This document shows positions 12,537 through 24,440 of a DNA stretch of 64,000 nucleotides, piece after piece. How positions within the stretch are numbered: the first letter of the stretch is position 1; the number at the start of each line of letters is the position of its first letter. Source of the DNA: Scenedesmus sp. PABB004 (Eukaryota). Below the pieces are notes generated by a model that ran no database searches, was not told the origin of the DNA, and saw only the letters and a list, made by a program, of their open reading frames with translations. The stretch is taken from assembly GCA_014905635.1 (NCBI GenBank), contig CM026547.1, positions 3,782,001 through 3,846,000 of the forward strand. The letters are read 5' to 3'. The position numbers and the translations under genes are program-made.

Positions 12537-14771
12537 ACGGGCGCCGGCGCGGGCGTGATCTCGCCCTGCTGCTGCCCCGCCGCGGCGGCCGCCTGCAGCG
12601 CGTGGAAGGCGCCGCCGGCGCGCACCGAGCCCTCCAGGGCCTGCACCGCGGCAAAGGTGCGGCTGACCTCGCGGTCGGCGCGCGCGCCCGCCGGCAGCTC
12701 CGGCTGCGCCGCCGACGAGGCGAGCACCGCGGTGACAAACTCCCGCTTGCCCAGCAGGCCCTGGCTCTTGGCGCGCACCACGTCCAGCAGCTGCTGCTGC
12801 TGCGCCTGCGCCTGCGCCTGCGCCTGCGCCGCCGCCGCGTGCTGCGCCGCCGAGCCGCCGCTGAGCATGGAGGTGGCCGAGTCGGAGTGCGGCACCGCGG
12901 CGCCGCCCTGCGCGCCGTCGCCGCCGGCGGCCGCCGCGGCCGCGGCGGCGCCGCCGGGCGGCAGCGGCGGCCGCCGCAGCCCCGGGCCGCTGCCCCCGGG
13001 CGGGCGGCCGCCGCCGCCGCCGCCTCCGCCGCCGCTGCTGCCGTTGAGCGCGGCCGCCGCGGACGCGACCGCGGCCGCCGCGGCCGCCGCGGCCGCCGCC
13101 GCGCCGTGCACACTGCCGCCGTGCGCGCTCGCGTCGGCGCTGCTGACCAGGCTGGCCGTGCTGGAGCGGCGCGTGAGGTAGAGGTTGCCGCCGTAGAAGG
13201 ACTTTTCATACTCCCCGCCGTGGTACGTCGTCTCCTGGCTCCACGGCACGAGCGACCCGCTCGCGACCATGCGGCGCACGCGCTTGTGCAGCCCAAAGTC
13301 GGCGAGCTTGGCCTGCGTGTGCGCGCGGGCGTGGGCGGGCGCGGGCGGGCGTGGACGGCGTGGGCGTGGTGCGCGCGCGGCGCGCGGGAGGCGCGCGGGT
13401 GGTGCGCGCGCTGCGCGCGGGTGGCGCACCGTGCTGTCGCGCGTGGGCCCGCCCGTGAGCAGGATGTTGTCGAGCTTGAGGTCCCTGTGGATGATCATGG
13501 GCGTGCACACGCAGTGCAGGTAGCGCAGCGCCTCTGCGATCTGCATCGCCCAGCGCAGCGCGTCGGCCTTGGAGTAGGGCGGGTCAAAGGGCCGGGCCAT
13601 CGCGTCCATGACGAGCGCCTTGAGGTCACCGCCGGCCATAAACTCCTGCAAGCCCCGCGCGGGCGGCAGGGCGGTCAGCGGCGCGGCCGCGCGGGCGCCG
13701 GGCGCGGGGCGGCGCGCGGTGGTGGCGGCGGGGCGCGTGCACGTGCGCGCGGTCGCCGCACCTGGACCACAAACATGCTCTCCCGCATGGCCACCAGGTC
13801 GCTCAGGTCGGACGCGCCCACGCCGCGCAGCTGCACGATGTTCCTGCGCGGCGGCGGTGCGGCGGCGGCGGCCCGGCGCTCGGCGCCGCCGCCAGCCAGC
13901 CAGCCACCTCTCTGCCCGGTCGCCCGGCGGCGCGCCGGCGCCGCCGCGGGGCGCCGCGGCGCGCCACCGCCACCGCACCTGTGCGCGAGCTTGCGCAGCA
14001 GGTTGGCCTCAGTGAGGAACTCCTTGAGGTCGGCGGGGCCCTTGAGCACGTCGGGGCGCAGCCGCTTGACCGCGACGGGCTCCGTGAAGCCCAGCAGCGG
14101 GTCGGTCAGCTGCGCAGCGTGCACGTCGGCAAAGCCGCCCTGGCCGAGCAGGTCGCCCATCACCAGGCGCTCCTGGTGGATGAACAGGTCGCCCAGCAGC
14201 TCCTGCAGCACCTCCTGCGGCGACAGCACCACCGCGCCGAGCGGCCCCGAGGCCGGCGCCGCCGCCGCCGCCGCCTCGGCGCCGTCCGCCGCCGGCGCCG
14301 CGCCGGGGCCGGGCGCGGGGCCGGCGTCGCTGTCGGCAGACTCGGCGCGCGCGCTGTCGCTGCCACGCGTCGCGCCGCCCTGGCCCGCAGGCGCGCCGCC
14401 GGGCTTGCTGGCGTCGCCGCCGGCGCAGGCCAGCAGGTTGTGCTGCAGCGCCGCGAGCTTGGCGGCGGTCGGCGGCGAGCCGATGAGCGCCGGCGCGCCG
14501 GCCGCCGCGCAGGCCAGCGCCGACTGCTTTATCTCAAAGCTGGCGCGCTGGATCTTCTCCGCGCGCTTGGCCTCATCGTCCTCCACCTGCGGCGGCGCGG
14601 CGGGCGGCGGCGGGCTCGCCCGGCGCGCTGCGGCAGCGCCTCGCCGCGGCGTGCGCCGCAGCGCCCGCCGCCGCACGGCGCGAGCGCCAGCTGCCAGCTG
14701 CGGCATTGCCGGGCGCTCCCTCCGCGCGCACGCACCAGGATGTCGAAGAAGAGGCTCGGGGACTTGTGCAT
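11954..14771 (-). CDS. Tyrosine-kinase-like (TKL) protein kinase with C-terminal CaaX, multi-exon
   Basis: GQGGFADV, VAVK, HRDLKLDN, DFG, GSLMYMAPE, DVFSFG, CWAQDPAARP; ends DCGCAIM*. Start at 14771 inferred from an in-frame GT donor. Confidence 0.88.
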
Positions 14772-15165
14772 CGTGTGCCCCGTCGCCGCCCGACGCGGCG
14801 GGCCTGCGCGCTGGCGACTAGAGCTTCATGCTGCGCGGGAAGGCGACGACGCACTCACGGGGAAGTGCGGAGCGCTGCTCTCCGGGTAGGTGGCGGTGGC
14901 CCCGATGGTGGGGTCCAGGTCCTCTTGCGGAGAAACTCGCTCTTTGGCTGCTGAGATCGCGCTGGTCAGAGCCGACACCTCGTGCCCGACGCGGTGGGAA
15001 CTGCTGCCGCTGCCGCTGCGGTGGCGGCGGCGGCGGCGGCTCCGGCGAGCGCGCCGCGCGGTTGCCGACGACCGACCCCCGACGCGAGCGCGCGCAACAA
15101 CTCTCGCTCCGCGATTCCTGCGCCTCTCCGTCTCCGACGCACTGTGACAGCGCGCCCGCCGCCGC

Positions 15166-17456
15166 TCATGCTGTGAGCTTGGCGAGCTCGGCCTCGAAGC
15201 TCGCCTTGAGCGTGGTCAGCCGCGCCGCATGCGCGCCGTCGCTCGCCTGGCTGGCCTCGTCGATCCAGCCCTGGATCTGCTTGGCGATGACGCCGCCGCG
15301 CAGCCGGAAGTGCATGCGGATGACGCCGGCAAACTCGGCGGGCGGGTGCTGCAGCTGGTCGACCATCGCCCACTTGACCGTGGCCTCGCGGATGACCTGG
15401 CGACGAGCGGGCGGCGGGCGCGTCGGCGGGCGCGTCGGCGGGCGCGTCGGCGGGCGGCGCGGCACACGCAAAGGGCGCCGTGCGCGCCGCGGGGTCCCGC
15501 GGCGCGGCGTGCGCGGCGCGCCTTGTTGTACTCGCGGCTCGCGGTCATGTCGCCGCGCTGCTCGTAGCCGGGCTCGTTGAAGTAGGGCTGCGGCACCAGG
15601 ATGAGGCTCTGGATGGACACGAGCACCTGGCCCCCGCGCACGCGGCGCGGACGGCGCGTGAGGGGCGGCGGCGGGCGCGCCGCCGCGCAAAGCGCGCTGC
15701 GGGCGCTGAGGGCGCGCGGCCGCGCGGCCGCGCCGCGCACCTGGAACGCGCTGGAGACGTCGGCGTTCCAGCCCTCGCCGCGGTCGCCGCTCCACGTGCC
15801 GAGCAGGCTGAGGCAGACCTTGCCGCAGTTGTACAGGTTGGGGTTGAACCGCACCGACCCGCCGCCCGTCGTCACCAGCAGCACCTGGCGCCGCGCCGGC
15901 GGAGCGTCGGCGCCCGTGCCGCGCGCCGCGCCGCGGCCGCGCGGCGGGGCTGCTGCTGCGTCATGGCGGCGCGCGCACCTTTGGCGGGACCTGCGGGTAG
16001 GTTGAGCCGAACCACCAGTCGAAGATGAAGCAGCCGCCCGAGTAGGGCGTGTCCTCGGGCCCCGTGATGAGCGCCTTCCACAGGAACGTGTTGTCCTCGT
16101 CCACGCGCACAAAGATGCTGCTGCTCTCGTTCACCACGATCAGGCGCTCGATGCCTGGCGGCGCCGGCGGCGGCAGCGGCGCCGGCGGGCTCGGCGGCGG
16201 CGGGCTCGGCGCGCCGCGGGCGCGCGGGCCGCGGGCCGCGGGGCGGCGGCGGCGGCGCCCCGGGCGCAGCGCGGCGCGGCGAGGCGCGGGGCCGGGGGCG
16301 CGCGCACCGGCCATCTCGCTGGTGACCTTCTGCACGCGCGCCTTGAGGCTCATCGTGTCCTTGGCCGCCTCGCCCGCAAACTTGTGGCGCGCCGCGATGC
16401 GCGCGCTGTCGAGCTGCGCACCGCGCGGCGCGGGCGGCGGTCAGCGCGCCGCCGGTCGGCCCTCCGCGCCCGCCGGACCCCCCGGCGCCCCCAGCGCCGC
16501 CCGGCGTCCCCGTGCCACGCACCACGAGCGGCTTCATCGCCGCCTCGTAGCTGGCCGCCGAGGCGCTCGCAGACGGGCCCGTGCCGGCGGCGGGCGCCGC
16601 CGCGGGGGCCGGCTGCGCCGGCGCGGCGTCCGCTGCGGCCGCCGCGGCCGCCGCGGTGCTGCGCGTGGCGCGCCGCGCGCGCCCGCCCTTGGCCGGCGCC
16701 GGCGCCGGCGCCGCCGCTGCGCTGCTCGCCGCCGCCGCCGCGGCCATCGCGGCCGCCGCGGCCGCGTCCTCCGCGGTGGTGAGGTGCTGCAGCTTGCTGA
16801 TCACCAGCAGCAGCTGGTCGGCGATCTCCATGCTGCGCTTCGCCTCCTGCACCAGGGCCTCTGCGCAGAGCGGCGGCGCGGGCGGCAGGCGTCGCGTGGG
16901 CAGCCCGGCCGGCGGCGCGGCAGCGGCGGGCAGCCTGCGCGCCCGCGCGGGCCGCGCACCCGTCTGCTTGTCCACGCGCGGCGCCTGCCCCGCGGCGGAG
17001 CTGCTGCCGGCCTTGGCCGCCGCCTGCTGGCCCTCCAGCGCCTTGGCCATGCGCTGCCGGTACATCGTGGCGCCCTTGACCAGCCCCCGCGCCGCGCCCG
17101 CGACCGACCCCACCTGCTGCTGCTGCGACTGCTGCTGCTGCTGCTGCTGCGACTGCTGCTGCTGCTGCTGCTGCTGCTGGCCCTCCTCGCCGCCGGCGCC
17201 CTCGTGGTGCAGCACGTCGGCGGCGAGCAGCGCCTCGGTCGCGGGCCGGCACAGCGCGAGCGCGACCGCCAGTAGCGGCTGGAAGTACTGGTGCCGCTCC
17301 ACGAGCTCCGTGAAGGCCACCTTGCCGAGCTCGCGCGCGAGCAGCGGCAGCAGCACGCTGCCCTGCACCGCCGCCACGCACTCCTGCTGCACCGGCGTGA
17401 GGCCGACGTCCATGGGCTCGCCACCGTCTGCCGCCGCTGCTGCCGCTGCCGCTGCT

Positions 17457-17487
<31 letters not shown>

Positions 17488-19911
17488 CCTTGGCGGCCTT
17501 GCCGCGGCCGCGCGCGCCGCTGGCGGGCGCCGGTGCGGCGCTGCGCGCCGCGGCCGCCAAGGGCCCGGCGCCGTCGCCCGCAGCGCCGGCCGGCGCGGCG
17601 GGCGCGCCGTCCGCGCAGCCGCCGAGCTCCTCGTTCAGCGCGTCTGCCAGGCCCTGCAGCAGCCCGCACAGCTGCTCGTCCTGCGCCTCCTGCGCCGCCT
17701 GCGCGGCCTTGGCGTCCCACACGGGCCCCGCGCGGCCCGAGCTGCCATAGCCGTAGCCGACGCCGCGTGCCCACACCACGCCCCGCGCCGCGGCAGCGCC
17801 ACCGGCGCCCGGCGGCGGCGCGGCGGCGGCGGCGCCCGCCCCCGCAGCTGCGTATGCGGCGCCGTCAGACGCCACGTCGGTGCGCTGCTTCTTCAGCTGC
17901 TGCGGTTCGGTGGGCGTGTCGGACCTGCGGACGCCGAAGCCGAGCGGGCGGGGCTCAGCACCCGCCCGCCGCTCGCGCGGGCGCGCCGCGCGGCGCCCGC
18001 GGCCGGGGGTGCGCCGCGCACCTGCCGCGCGTCGAGCGGCCCTCGTAGAGTTCCCTGTGCTGCGCGTAGCAGGCGGGCTTCACGTCCGTGAGCGCCTCCA
18101 GCCGCGCGAGCGCCGCCTGCACGGGGCTGAACGCAGAGCCGGCCTGGCTGTTGCGCGGGTGGTTGACGTCCACGCGGCCGTGCTCCTGCGGCGAACACGG
18201 GCGCGGCACGCGGCGGCAGCGGCGGCGGCGGTGTCTGGTGGGGCGCAGGCCCGAAACCGCGCGCTGCAGCCGACGCGCGGCCGCTGCGCGGGGGCTCAGT
18301 GCCGCGCGCGCGGCGCGCGCGCGCACCTCCAGGAACTCCTTGATGCGCTGCAGCAGCTGGTCCATGTTCATCCAGGGGTCCCAGTGCTCCAGGCGCAGCA
18401 GCGGGTGGCTCGCGAGCGCGCCCGCGAGCGGCGGCGCGAGGTGCGGGCGCAGCACCTCGAGGCGCGGCGGGTAGAAGGGGTGCAGCCCGCGCATGAACGT
18501 GAAGCGCAGCTGCACGCTCGACACCGCCCACTTCACAGACACCTCCTGCATGTCCTGCGCGCGGCGCAGCGGCGGGTCGTCACGGCGCGGCAGCGGCGCG
18601 GCGCGGCGCGGCGGCGGGTCGGCGCGGCGCGGCGCGGCGGCGGCGCGGCGCCGGGGCGCGGTGGTGGTGCGGCGGGCGCCCGGCGCACCTTGGCGAGCTG
18701 GCAGTCGGGGCGGAAGCCGCTCTTCCAGAGCTCCACGTTCCAGGTGAACACGTCGTCGCCCGCGCTGTCGGCGCTCACGTCGGCGGGGCCCTGGTACTGG
18801 CGGCGGATGAAGCCGAGCAGTTCGTTGGACAGCATGCTGCACGCCTCCTTGCTGCGGGCGCGGCGGCGGGCGCGGCGGGCGGCGCGTGGGCGGCGGCCGC
18901 GCTGGCCGGCGGGCGGCGGGGCGCGCCGTCCTGCAAGGCGCAGGGCGCTCGCGGCGCGCGCGCCGCACCTGCTGAAGATCTGGCGCTTGCTCGCCTTGCC
19001 CTGCTCCATGGACAGCGCCGTCTGGCTGGCGGCCGCCTTCTCCAGCTCCTCCTCGAAGCGCGCCCAGCGGCCCTGCGGCGGCAGGGCGGCGCGGCGTGAG
19101 CGACGACGCGCGCGCTCGCAGGACGGCGCGCGCGCCCGCGGCAGCGCGCGAGCGCGCCGCCGCCGCCGCCGGGGCGCCGCACCTGTCGCTGGCCGCACTC
19201 CACTAGCAGCTCCTTGTCCTCCTGCTCGTCGTCGCCGCCGTAGTCGTCGTCGCTGCCGCTGCCGCCGTCACTGCTGGCCGGGTAGTCGGAGCCGTCCTCG
19301 GACATGGCCTGCCGCGGCGGCGACGGGCGCGGGGCGGCGCCTGCGTTTGCGCGCCGGGCGCACGCGGCGCGCGGCGCGCGGCGGCGCGGGCGGCGGCGCG
19401 GGCGCACCTCGCCGGAGCCGTCCTCGTCCATGCGCTGCCGCCCGCCGCCGGCCGCCCCCGCCGCGCGCAGCGCATCCTCGTCGACGGGGACGTCGAGGGC
19501 GTCGCAGATCTGCGCGGCGCGGCGCGGGGCCGCCGCCGCTGGGCCGCGGCGCGGCGCGGCCGGCAGCGCGCGCAGCAGCAGCGGCGCGCAGCAGCGGCGC
19601 GCGCCGCGCCGCGCCGCGCCGCGCGCCTTGCTCAGCACGGCCGGCAGCGGCGCGGCGTCCATGAAGCGCTCGCTGAGGCGGGCCAGCTTGGCGCCCAGGG
19701 CCTCGTCCTCGGCCGTCACGAGCGCGCCGCAGGACGGAAAGCTCGAGGGCTCGAGCAGCGTGATGCTCACGCGCTGCGCGCGCTCGGCGCCGTCCACCGC
19801 CGACAGCACCACCGTGTCGCCGTCGAGCTCGAGGCCGCGCAGCTGGCCCGTGGGCGCGATCGAGGCGAGGCTGCAGCGCAGCGCGCCCACCGCGCCCTCC
19901 AGGCCCCCCAT
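15166..19911 (-). CDS. Large ubiquitin-conjugating enzyme: UBE2Q-like module plus C-terminal BIRC6/UBE2O-type UBC, multi-exon
   Basis: [74 protein letters not shown]. Upstream exons give [32 protein letters not shown]. Confidence 0.85.
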
Positions 19912-20182
19912 GGCTGCCACGGCGCGTTCACACGGCGTAAGGGGGACGCTCCGGATGTGGGAGCGGGGGCGGAGACGGAGCAGAGGCGGCGGGCGCGCCA
20001 GGAGCGCGCGCGCTGTCACAGTCCAGGCGTCTGCCGCTCTCTCGCAATCGCGAAGCACGCACACCGGCGCTCCGCGCACGCACACCGCCGCCACGCACCC
20101 CGTGGGAGCGCTCCCGCGGCCTGGGACGGTCGAAGTGCGGAGAGGGAGGCGCCATCATCAGCTTGCGGCCCGCCCCTGCGCC

Positions 20183-23100
20183 ATGGCGCTGGTGGTGGCC
20201 GCCGGCGATGACCGGTCCGAGCCGGAGGTGATAGCGCGCCTGCCAGCCGCTCCCGGCTCGCGGCTGGCCTTTTCCTGGGGCCTAGGGACGCAAGTGCGCG
20301 TGGCAGCGGTCGCTGGCGGCGCCGCCGCGCCCTGCGAGGACCCCCACGCCGCGGTGGTGGAGTGGTGCGCGCGATCGGCGACCGCGACGGGGCGCGCCGA
20401 CGCCGGCGGCTGCGCGGCGCGCGTGGCGGTTGCCGCCGCCGCTGCTGCTGCTGCCGCCGCTGCGCGCGCTCCGCGATGCGGCCCTGCGCCCGCGGCGCAG
20501 GAGCCCGCCCGTGGGCGAGCAGCGCCGCATCGCGTACGACATCGCGCCGCTCTACCGGTGCCTGCGCCAGACGCTCGCGCTGCTCGGTGCGCCGCTCGCC
20601 CCCGCCCGCCCGCGTGCCCCCGCGGCGCCGGCCCGGTGTGCGCCCTGCCCTGTGTGCCGCCCGCCGACGCGCCGCCGCCGTCGCCGTCGCCGCCGCCGCC
20701 GCCGCCAGGCCCGGGGCGCCAGGTCGAGGCCAAGGAGGCGCTGCGCGAGTACAGCGCCGGCGTGCTGGACATCCTCACCACCAACGCCAGGCGCGTGTGC
20801 TGTTGGGGGCAGCGGCGATGGTGCCGGCGAGCCCTCACCGCACGCGAGCGCCGCGCACCAGGGCCCCTGCCGACCGCGCCCCGCCCGCCCGCCGCGCAGC
20901 GACCCGGCCGCGGGCCCGCCGGCGAGCGAGGAGGCGCTGCAGGTCGCGTACGAGGCGGGGCTGTGGAGCCTGCTGGAGCTCTTCTTCCTCTCCAGCGACA
21001 CGCCCGAGGGCTTCTTCGCAGAGGCACGGCCGGCGCGGCGCCGCCCGCCCGCCCGCCCGCGCGGCGCCGTTGCCCGGCGCCCCCGCCGAACGTTGCTGCC
21101 GCCGCCGCCGCTGCACGCGCGCGCGCAGGCCTTTGCCGCGTGGCTGGGCCAGCACGGCGGCCTGATGAACGCCACGCCCGGCTTCCACGCGCTCGCGGCG
21201 GAGGCGCGCCGCCTGGCGGGCCTGCAGCGTGTGGACAGCGAGGCGAGCTACTGGCCGACGCTGCAGCGCCTCGTGCTCACGGGGCAGCTCGAGGCCGGCA
21301 TCGCGCTGCTCACGGCGCACCCAGCGTATGCGGCGCTGCAGGACCCAGACATGGCCGCCAAGGCGCGCCGCCGCCGCCGCCGCCGCTGCCGCCGCCGCGC
21401 GCGTCGGGCCCCCGCGCGCGCCTCACAGGGGCCGCAGGCCGCCGGGAGCGCGCTGAGCTGCTGCCGCGTCCACGCGCACGCGCGCGCAGGTGGAGGTGCT
21501 GGACGTTGTGTACCAGCTGCTGCGCACGGTGCCGCGCTTCTCGCGCGCCGGCGGCAGCGCCGCGGGGCGCCTCGGCGGCGCGGGCGCGCTCACCGACGAC
21601 GTCGTGGTGTTCTCGGCGGAGCGCGCGGCCTGGCGGCGGCGGTGCGCCGCTGCGCGGCTCGCGGCTCGCGGCCTCGGCCGCCGCCCCCGCGCCGCCGCCC
21701 GTGGCACCGCTGAGCGCCGCCGCCGTGCGGGCATGGCGCAGGGTGGACGAGCTGTGGGAGGGGCGTGAGGCGCTGCTGGCCGACCTGAAGAAGCTGGACC
21801 CCGCCGCGTCGAAAGGTGCGCGGGCCGCGCTGCGTGCGCGGGGGCGGCCCCCGCAGCGAGCAGGTGCAGCGGCCGGTGCCGATCGCTCTCTCTCGCGCGC
21901 GCGCGCCCGCTCGCAGGCCTCGCCGGCGTGCTGTGCCTGCTGTGCGCGGGCTCTGACCACCAGGCGCACGCGGCGGCGGCGTTCAAGCTGATGAGCGCTG
22001 TCGCACACAACTGGGCCGAGCTGCTCGCAGGTGTGCGCGGCGCTCGTTCCGCCCGCGTGCCTCCCTGCGCCAGCCGTCAGCCGTTCCTCCCTGCGCCAGC
22101 TGTCAGCCGTGACGCGCCGCCGCCCGCCATGCACCGCGCCAGGCACGCTCCTGTGGAAGTACCCAACGCTGCAGCCGCAGCTGCACCTGCGCCACCTCGT
22201 CCCCAAGGTGCAGGCCGCGGCGGGCCTGGTCACGCGCGACAGCGACGAGGCGTTCCTGGCCTGCCTGGAGCAGGTGGGTGTTTGTGGTGGCGGCCGTGCC
22301 GCGCGCTGCCAGCGGGCCGGCCGCCGCCGCGCCGCGCCGCTGGCGCCGACGCTCGCGCCGCCGCCGCGCGCCGCGCAGCTGCTGCTCGCGAGCTGCGACC
22401 AGGAGGTGCAGAGCGTCGTGTCGCTCTGCACCAACAGCCCCTACTGCAGCCTCCAGTTTGTCGCGCACGTGTACGACGTGCTGCGCGGCGCGCCGGGGGC
22501 GGAGCGCGTCATCGCGCGCCCGCTGCCCCACCTCGGCGGCGACCAGGCCGAGCTCTTTGCACTGCACTACGTCGAGACTCTCCTCGGCCACGCGCCGACG
22601 TGGCAGCTCGCGGCCGAGTACCTCGCCTGGTGCCCCGTGCACGGCGCGGCGGCGCTCGAGGCGGCGCTGGACCGCAGCCCGGTGCGCGCCGAGCGCCGGC
22701 GCCGGCGCGGCGCGCGCGCGGGCCCGGCGCGCCGCCGCGCGGGCCTCGGCCGCTCACGCGCTCACGCGCCGGCCGGCCGCGCCGCGCCTCGGCGCGCGCA
22801 GTTCCCGCTGCAGGACGAGCGCAGCGCGCTCAAGGCCATCGCGCTGGCGCAGCGCCACGGCCTCACCGCCGCGGCGGCGGGCCTCGCGCGCCGGCTGAGC
22901 GCCGCGGCGGCGGCGAGCGGCCGCCCCGCCGCGGCGCTGCAGTGGGCGATGCGCGGCAACGACCCCGCGCGCTGCGCGGAGCTGGTCGCGCCGCTGGTGG
23001 CCAAGGTGCAGGCGCAGCTGCTGGAGCAGGTGCGCGGCGGCCGGGCGCCCGCGCGCGCCCGCCCGCGTGGGCGGCAGGCGGCAGGCACAGCGCGGCGCGC

Positions 23101-24097
23101 AGGCGGCGCGGGCTGCACCGGCGACGCCGTCCTCTCTTGCACGCGCACACGCACACAGCTAGCCAGCCAGGCAGCGCGGGCCTTAAGATCACACCTCCCA
23201 GCCGCGTGCGGCTGTGCCCATGAGGTGGCATTGAGTCATACCCGCGCGACAGCGAGCAGCCTGGCCCCCGCCTGCTCCAGGCGGGGCGCCCAGCGTCCCC
23301 GTGGTACAGCCGCCGGGCGCGCGCCCACCGCCCGGCCGGCCCCAAAGACGGGGAGACAGCGAGGCAGGCGCCCCCGCCACCGCTCGGCCGCCCGCCGCTG
23401 ACACGCCCCGCTGCGCCGCTGCCCGCGCGTGCTGCGTCGCCCCCAGGCGGGCGACTTCAGGGCGCCGCCGCTGGAGCTGCCCGAGCTGCGCGAGCTCGCG
23501 CCGCTGCTGGCGTGCTTGCCGGAGCCGCGGCGCGGCTCGGACGACGGCGGCGCGCCGCGCGCGTGGGGCGCGCCGCAGGGCCGGCCGTACCCAGAGCTCC
23601 ACTTCCTGCGAGCGGTGCTGCAGCTGCAGGACGCGCTCGCGCTCGTGCGGCGCGCGCAGGGCCTGGGCGGCCCCGACGGCGCGCCGTGCCCGCCCGAGCC
23701 GGCGGCGCTGGGCGACGCCTACGCGGCGGTGCGCCGGCCCGCGGCGGAGCTGCTGCTGGAGGGGCTCGCGCCCGCGGCGGTGCGGCTGCCGCTGCTGCTG
23801 CACCTCGTGCCCGTGCTCGAGAGCGCGCACGCGCCGTTCACGCGCGCCGACGTGGCCGGCCTGCTCGCGCTGCTGAGCGGCGCCGACGGCGGGCTGCCCG
23901 CCGCCGCGGCGGCCGTGCTCGCGGGCATGCACGCGCCCGGCGCGGGCCTGGCCTGGCCGGCGGCCGGCAAGGAGGGCAGCGGCGGCGGCGGCCTCGCGCC
24001 GCGGCACCTCGCCGACGTGCGGCTCGCGCTGTGCCGGGGCCTCGCGCGCGCGCACGTCGGCGAGGCCGAGGCGGCCGCCGCAGCACTGGGCGCGTGA
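20183..24097 (+). CDS. NUP85: Nuclear pore complex protein Nup85, multi-exon
   Basis: LWSLLELFF, YWPTLQRLVLTGQ..ALLTAHPAY, NWAELLAGTLLWKYP, FVAHVYDVL, ELFALHYVETLLGHAPTWQLAAEYLAWCP. Confidence 0.85.
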
Positions 24098-24440
24098 GCG
24101 CGCGGCGCGGCAGGCGACGAGCCCGCGCGCGTGCAACAACGCGGCGGCGCAGGTCTCAGCGCTGCCGGCCCGCGCCGCAGAGCACCCACCCACCGCCCTC
24201 TCCTGCGTGGCCCGCCGCACGCACACGCGTTCTCGCCCGCCCCGCCCGGCCGCTGCAGCAGCGGTCGCGCGCGCCAACCGCCGCCGCCGCCGGCGGGAGC
24301 GCTGCCGCGCCAGCGCCGCTCGCGCGCAGCCCCGATGCCGCCCGGCGGGTGGCCCCGCTAGCTGATCCCGGGCCGCCCAGCGCCCGCCCGGGCGCGCCAC
24401 CGCAGCCGGCGGCGAGCAGCGGCGGCGCCGCGCGGGCGCG

